A program made the translations under genes and the position numbers. The notes under the pieces are model-generated. The model had not been told where the DNA came from. It worked only from the letters and a program-made list of their open reading frames with translations, and searched no databases. A stretch of 64,000 nt of DNA from Schizochytrium sp. TIO01 (taxonomy: Eukaryota; Protista; Bigyra: Labyrinthulomycetes), in contig SMSO01000031.1 in assembly GCA_004764695.1 (NCBI GenBank), positions 2,208,436-2,272,435 of the forward strand, read 5' to 3'. Positions within the stretch are counted from its first letter, which is position 1; each line of letters opens with the position of its first letter. Shown here piece by piece: positions 59,295 through 64,000 of this stretch.

Positions 59295-59962
59295 TTTCAC
59301 GAGCTGAAGCGTCTGCTTTTGCCTCTGCCACTTGTTTTAACACTCGTGATTGTGAAGTCCCGCGTAAAGCACAAAGCAGGCTGTTTGGACTTTTTGCTCC
59401 GCCAGATCTTGGCCACCTCAACCCAGAGTCCGTCTTCTGACACGGGCCGACCACTCGGCCCAGAGATCCTGGGGCTGCTCTATAACGGCGTCAACAGCTC
59501 ACTTTCTAAGAATGTTTTGATCAATCGCAATTCGAGACTGCAGCCCCAAGTTCTTTGATGTTGTGTTTGTGGCTATTTGCAAACAAATAGAGGGCATAAC
59601 AATAGGTGGCTGGGAATAGCCTATAAGTCGCTAGCGAACTGCTATTGCTTGGGACGGGAGTGACAAATAGCTGTTTATTGGGAGGTACTAGAAGCAACAA
59701 ATAATACCGTAAAGGGTAAATGAACAATAATTGGATATTGCTTTCGCGGAGCTGATCATCTAGAGAGACAATCTGAGAGCGGGAAATCTATGATTGTGAA
59801 ATTCCATTAATACTTTTAGGGGGAGAGTAATAAACATGAAGTATAGACCAAGTGAGTCATCATGTTGATCAAATAGTTTGCATAGAGAGGATTTGGTTGG
59901 AGGTTGTACGGCGGAGAGTAGTGAATGATTACAATGGTATTTAGGCCTGGTTGGACGCAAGG

Positions 59963-61834
59963 TTATCTTGTAGAATTATTATCTGCAGCAGAAGCATTCA
60001 CAAGCGCCATCATCTGCAAAGATGATGTAAATGTATCTGAGCTGTCACGAAGTCTCTTGGCATGGTTAACGATTTCCTTGATAGAGTTCATCTCCACACA
60101 GTCAAACAGTACACCCTGCACGACCAGACCCATACGTTCATACGCAGATCGTTCAGCCAGTGCAATTTGAATTAAGGTATTACGTAAAGTGTCGAGACGA
60201 TGCAACTCGAGAGATTCAAGCATGTCAAACGCTGCCATCATACTGTCTCCATGGGAGTCCTCAATTTCAGATACCTCAAGCTCACAAGCCTCACGGTCTG
60301 CGACCAGCCGAGTACACTCCTCATCAATTTTTTCCAAGTGTGCGAGTTGGCGTTTAGTCGGTTTGTTGTTTTTAATGTCGCTCTTAATACCCTCAGCACG
60401 CATAAAAATTTCAGTTTCGGCTTGAATGGCTTGTTGTAACCTGGAACGTGAATCCACCATCTCTTGAACAATGGGCAAATTATCATTGTATATCTCCTTT
60501 ATAGAGCTAGTCACAGTAGTCTCGAGTTCTTGAAGTGGTACAATGCCATATTTTTCCAAGTCTTCCGTATTTTCCATCAGCACCGAGAGCATCTTAGTAA
60601 TCATTGTAAATAGTTGGAAGACTGCCCGTTCTAAAGTGCCCTCCGGAGCGGTCGTCAAACCTAGACCATTGATATATCGCGTTGACATCTCTTGTAGCTG
60701 TGAAGTATAGTTGAGCGTGATTCGCTGCACCTCAACAAGAAAGCTTCGCAAAGTTCGGACCTGATCAACAGCAGGCTGGAATTCTGACATAAGTGTGTTG
60801 TACCCATGAAGACCCGTATGAGTCCAAATACTCGAAAAAGAGCCTTCCATTTCTTGCGCTTGCATTGCTCTTAAGGCACGCTGTTGTACTTGAGCAACAA
60901 AGGTGGAAAAAAAGTTACGGAACATCAACGACTCAATCTCGCGAACGGAGGGAGTGAAGACGTCGGCTGGTATATCCACATCACTTTCCTGAAGATCAGC
61001 AAATGTATCAGTGAGCATCCGACTCATAAATGAAGGCAAGTTAACTTGATTTGGGGCACTGTCCTTCACAAACTCATTTACGATGCTTGGGAAGAGCTCA
61101 TTTCGTTCTTGCTGAGTGCCTAGTTTTGTAAACGCCTCGACTGCCTCATAGAATGCAAGATTTTCTTCAGCAAATGCATACTTCAGAAACGATTTGAATT
61201 CTCCGCGCAAATCTGAGGAGTCTAGAATGTCATCCAAAGTGCGAATCTCCTTCGTCCGCTCAAGCATTGTCTTTTTACGCAAGGTAACACGGCGACCCGA
61301 TGGCCTCGGCCCATTCACAGGAAGGGAAGATGAGGTTGCTGTTCCTCGGGATCTTGAGAATCTCTTGCTCACTTGGGTTCGCAACGTAGATCTCAATGAA
61401 CCACGTTGATTGATATCTTCAGATGCTTGACGAAGATACTCGCTAAGAAGAAATACTACGCCTTGATGCTTGGTGCTATTGCCGAGCATGGTTGTACGTT
61501 CGGTGGAATGAATATATATTCTGTCATCGTGTTCATTGTTGATTCGTGTTGATTTTCCCAAATCAATGACACTCGTAAGATTCACTTGCGAGCCTGGCTC
61601 AGTATTTTCCAAAACCTTGGCAACGCTCTCGCACAACACGTTGCGCTCCGTCGCTGGTTTGTCATTGTAAAACCTTAGTGTGAACTTGCATTTGCTGCCT
61701 TCACCAATCCTGACAAACGCAAAGTACTCGTTCTTCGTTTTCCCCATCAAATCTAAATCAAGCGCCACCTCTGTGCCATATTCAACACTCGCTCTGACTA
61801 CGTAGCCCTCGAAGAGTACCTCTAAAGCCGCCAT
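59963..61834 (-). CDS. RGS-domain protein with a C-terminal F-BAR-like domain and a possible N-terminal PH-like domain
   Basis: RGS: TLDDILDSSDLRGEFKSFLKYAFAEENLAFYEAVEAF...IVNEFVKDSAPNQVNLPS...VF..SVREIESLMFRNFFSTF. F-BAR-like: FSSIW..TGLHGYNTL...LRSFL.E...I..NYTSQL...EGTLERA...PLQEL...FDMLESLELHRLDTLRNTL. Confidence 0.88.
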   Translation of the reverse strand: MAALEVLFEGYVVRASVEYGTEVALDLDLMGKTKNEYFAFVRIGEGSKCKFTLRFYNDKPATERNVLCESVAKVLENTEPGSQVNLTSVIDLGKSTRINNEHDDRIYIHSTERTTMLGNSTKHQGVVFLLSEYLRQASEDINQRGSLRSTLRTQVSKRFSRSRGTATSSSLPVNGPRPSGRRVTLRKKTMLERTKEIRTLDDILDSSDLRGEFKSFLKYAFAEENLAFYEAVEAFTKLGTQQERNELFPSIVNEFVKDSAPNQVNLPSFMSRMLTDTFADLQESDVDIPADVFTPSVREIESLMFRNFFSTFVAQVQQRALRAMQAQEMEGSFSSIWTHTGLHGYNTLMSEFQPAVDQVRTLRSFLVEVQRITLNYTSQLQEMSTRYINGLGLTTAPEGTLERAVFQLFTMITKMLSVLMENTEDLEKYGIVPLQELETTVTSSIKEIYNDNLPIVQEMVDSRSRLQQAIQAETEIFMRAEGIKSDIKNNKPTKRQLAHLEKIDEECTRLVADREACELEVSEIEDSHGDSMMAAFDMLESLELHRLDTLRNTLIQIALAERSAYERMGLVVQGVLFDCVEMNSIKEIVNHAKRLRDSSDTFTSSLQMMALVNASAADNNSTR

Positions 61835-64000
61835 CTCACTTGCTTCGGACCAGCTCGCCCAGCTCTACCCACAGCAGAGCTCCAGTTCTCCCCTGTGCCA
61901 CTTGCAAAGCCAAGCGCTGCGTCTCAAGCAAACCAATACCTTTCAGAGGCCCTTGGCGTCTAATTTTAGCAGCTCTGGGACTGCAGCCCGAGATTCTACA
62001 CGCTGCGATGGACCTTCCTTTGTACTACGGCTCTTCAATTGCAAGTAAAAGCGCGCTTCCATACCAAAACTAAGTTTGTTTATTCAGCCATCCATGTCTA
62101 TGACCACTTCTACTGTTTACTCTAACCCTGTGCTTCTCTTTCATCGAGTTTAGCCTAGACAGCCGTAAAACCACTCTAGCGCACCGTATCAGTCGCTTTT
62201 TGCACGTGCACGACGTGCGTCTGTATTTGTTTGGCTTCCTTCCCTTTTAACGTGTGTTTAGAGAATGGATTAGGAGTGGGCTAGTGCTGTCCAAGTTTAT
62301 CTCCTCAGCAATTTCAGACCTCGATCGTTCGATAGCAGGTACGTAAGTACAGTATTTCTGAAGTGGTCGAAGCTTCTCCAAGCAAAGCTCGGACTGGATT
62401 CGCTCGAGGCAAAAGGTGGGTTGATGTCTGGCATTAATCCTGGTGGAGAGACACGCAAGCAAGTCTGGGATAAAATGGTGCGGCGACAATGGCCAGAGAA
62501 GAAGTAGAACAGAGCATCCACGGCTTGCGAGTGCAATATTCAAGGCAGGACTTAAGACGAGAGAACGAACTTTGCGGGTGCACATAGTGGGCACTAGCTA
62601 GCTAGTTATGACTTAGGTAATTGCACTTCAGGCTTCTCTGTGTTAGTCGAAGGAATACGTAGGTGGTAGTTGTGGGCATACAGGCTCTTCAATTATAGCA
62701 ACCAAGTTAAGACTATGTTTTCGCAAGCTTTAAATTAGGTTACCATTCTGTATCTCGGTGTTGAGCAACATAACAATTGTCTTCACAATACCAGCGGTTC
62801 CAATGCTGTAGAATTGGCAGGGAGTTGCATTGCCATAATTCCCTAATAGTCTTAAACCTTAAGAATGAGAAGCCTTTGTGGACTTCCTGAGGTCTGAATT
62901 CACCCTCCCCTAGTGCTTTCGTAAGCTTGCCTGAATGTAAAATTAAAAGATGGCTGCCTAGAGTTTGAATAAAGCTCTTCAAGATTCCTTCAAAGAGCGG
63001 CAATGTAATAACCATCTATGAAATATTTCTTTCGAAAACAAATAGTAACCAGTAATTATCAAAAATATAATCGGTGGTAGCCTTCGTAGAAAAATATCTA
63101 ATTTGCTTGTAGCTTGATATTATTCTTTCTGAGAAATTTATTTTACTATTGGGTGGTCCACTCAGCCAAACATCATATTTGCTAAACTGCTTGACCTGCT
63201 TGTGGCAAAACCGTGATCTTGTGCGTTTTGGCTTTTATACAGAATCATAGCTACCCCCTACCACTACCAGCTCCTAATAACACCAGTAGCAAAACCCCCA
63301 TGAATAGTCTTAATGAAGCCTTAGCGATCCCTAGTGAATAAATATAACATGAACACCTTCGTCGGTTACCAATTCTGTCTAATCTTTGGCGCAGAGCCCG
63401 AAACCACCACCGAGCTTAGAGTTCCAAAGCTTCTCAGGCAAAAGCTTTGGAGGTTTCCGAAGACTGCGCTAAAACCGTGGTGCGTTGTACGCGTTTTGCG
63501 GACGACCTGTGGACTATTTGTACAGTCACACAAAGCCGAAAGCTGGCGCAGGATGGACGGTTTGCTCGACAAGGTAAGTCACTAAGTGAACGATGGCAGA
63601 GCAATCTTCTGTGCAAGAGGCTCACGTGGTTCAAGCGACTGCGACACTTACAGATTCAAGATCACTGAGGATGTAGGAAAGATCATGTGCTACTACTGCT
63701 ATTGCAAACACAATTGCTGTTGTCAATGTCAATCGCATGTTACAATTTTTCGATGCCACCGACTAGTTGGTATTTATTGTATGTGCATTCGCAGAGCAAC
63801 TTCGTCAACCTGTTGTATCAATACATCCATGGTCGCTCATGCAATCATCAACATACAGACTTACTAACATGGGTTGTATATGTGTACTTTATTTTTTTTG
63901 AGAAGGAAATGGGCGAGAACACCGGAGATAAAGCAAACCAGGATGTACTCCAGGCAAATGGCAAACAGAAAAGGGCTCCACTTGATTTGCCAGCGGATAT

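Noticed and set aside
61835-64000. Possible gene start near the right edge (GTAAGT at ~63573)
   Set aside because: Only short ORFs without features; any gene would lie beyond the window.

Overview
Eukaryotic nuclear DNA, intron-poor, roughly 45% GC by eye and very rich in microsatellites. The style suggests a stramenopile protist such as a thraustochytrid, but this is inference only. The left half (1-31.4 kb) is gene-dense: RPL15, an F-box/polyQ protein, DPAGT1/ALG7, a divergent RBM22/SLT11, a membrane-anchored SGNH-like protein with degenerate catalytic motifs, an FBF1-like coiled-coil protein whose stop codon overlaps that of a two-exon RPB9, a peroxisomal (-SKL) alpha/beta hydrolase, a Glo3-type ArfGAP, a MESD-like ER chaperone and a disordered orphan. 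A ~21 kb stretch with no credible CDS follows (31.4-52.7 kb). It is built of AT-rich islands, many different microsatellites and recurring motifs (CTAGCTAG, TGATTGACAG). It lies directly upstream of a gene encoding two back-to-back TALE homeodomains. The right end holds a Myb/TTF1-like protein with poly-Ser and Lys-rich repeats, and an RGS + F-BAR protein. The most striking candidate system is the double-TALE gene: its large upstream region carries PBX-MEIS-type composite sites, suggesting a single-chain 'heterodimer' with possible autoregulation. No tRNA, rRNA, CRISPR array or recognisable transposase was seen. All domain calls come from motif recognition by eye, not from database searches.
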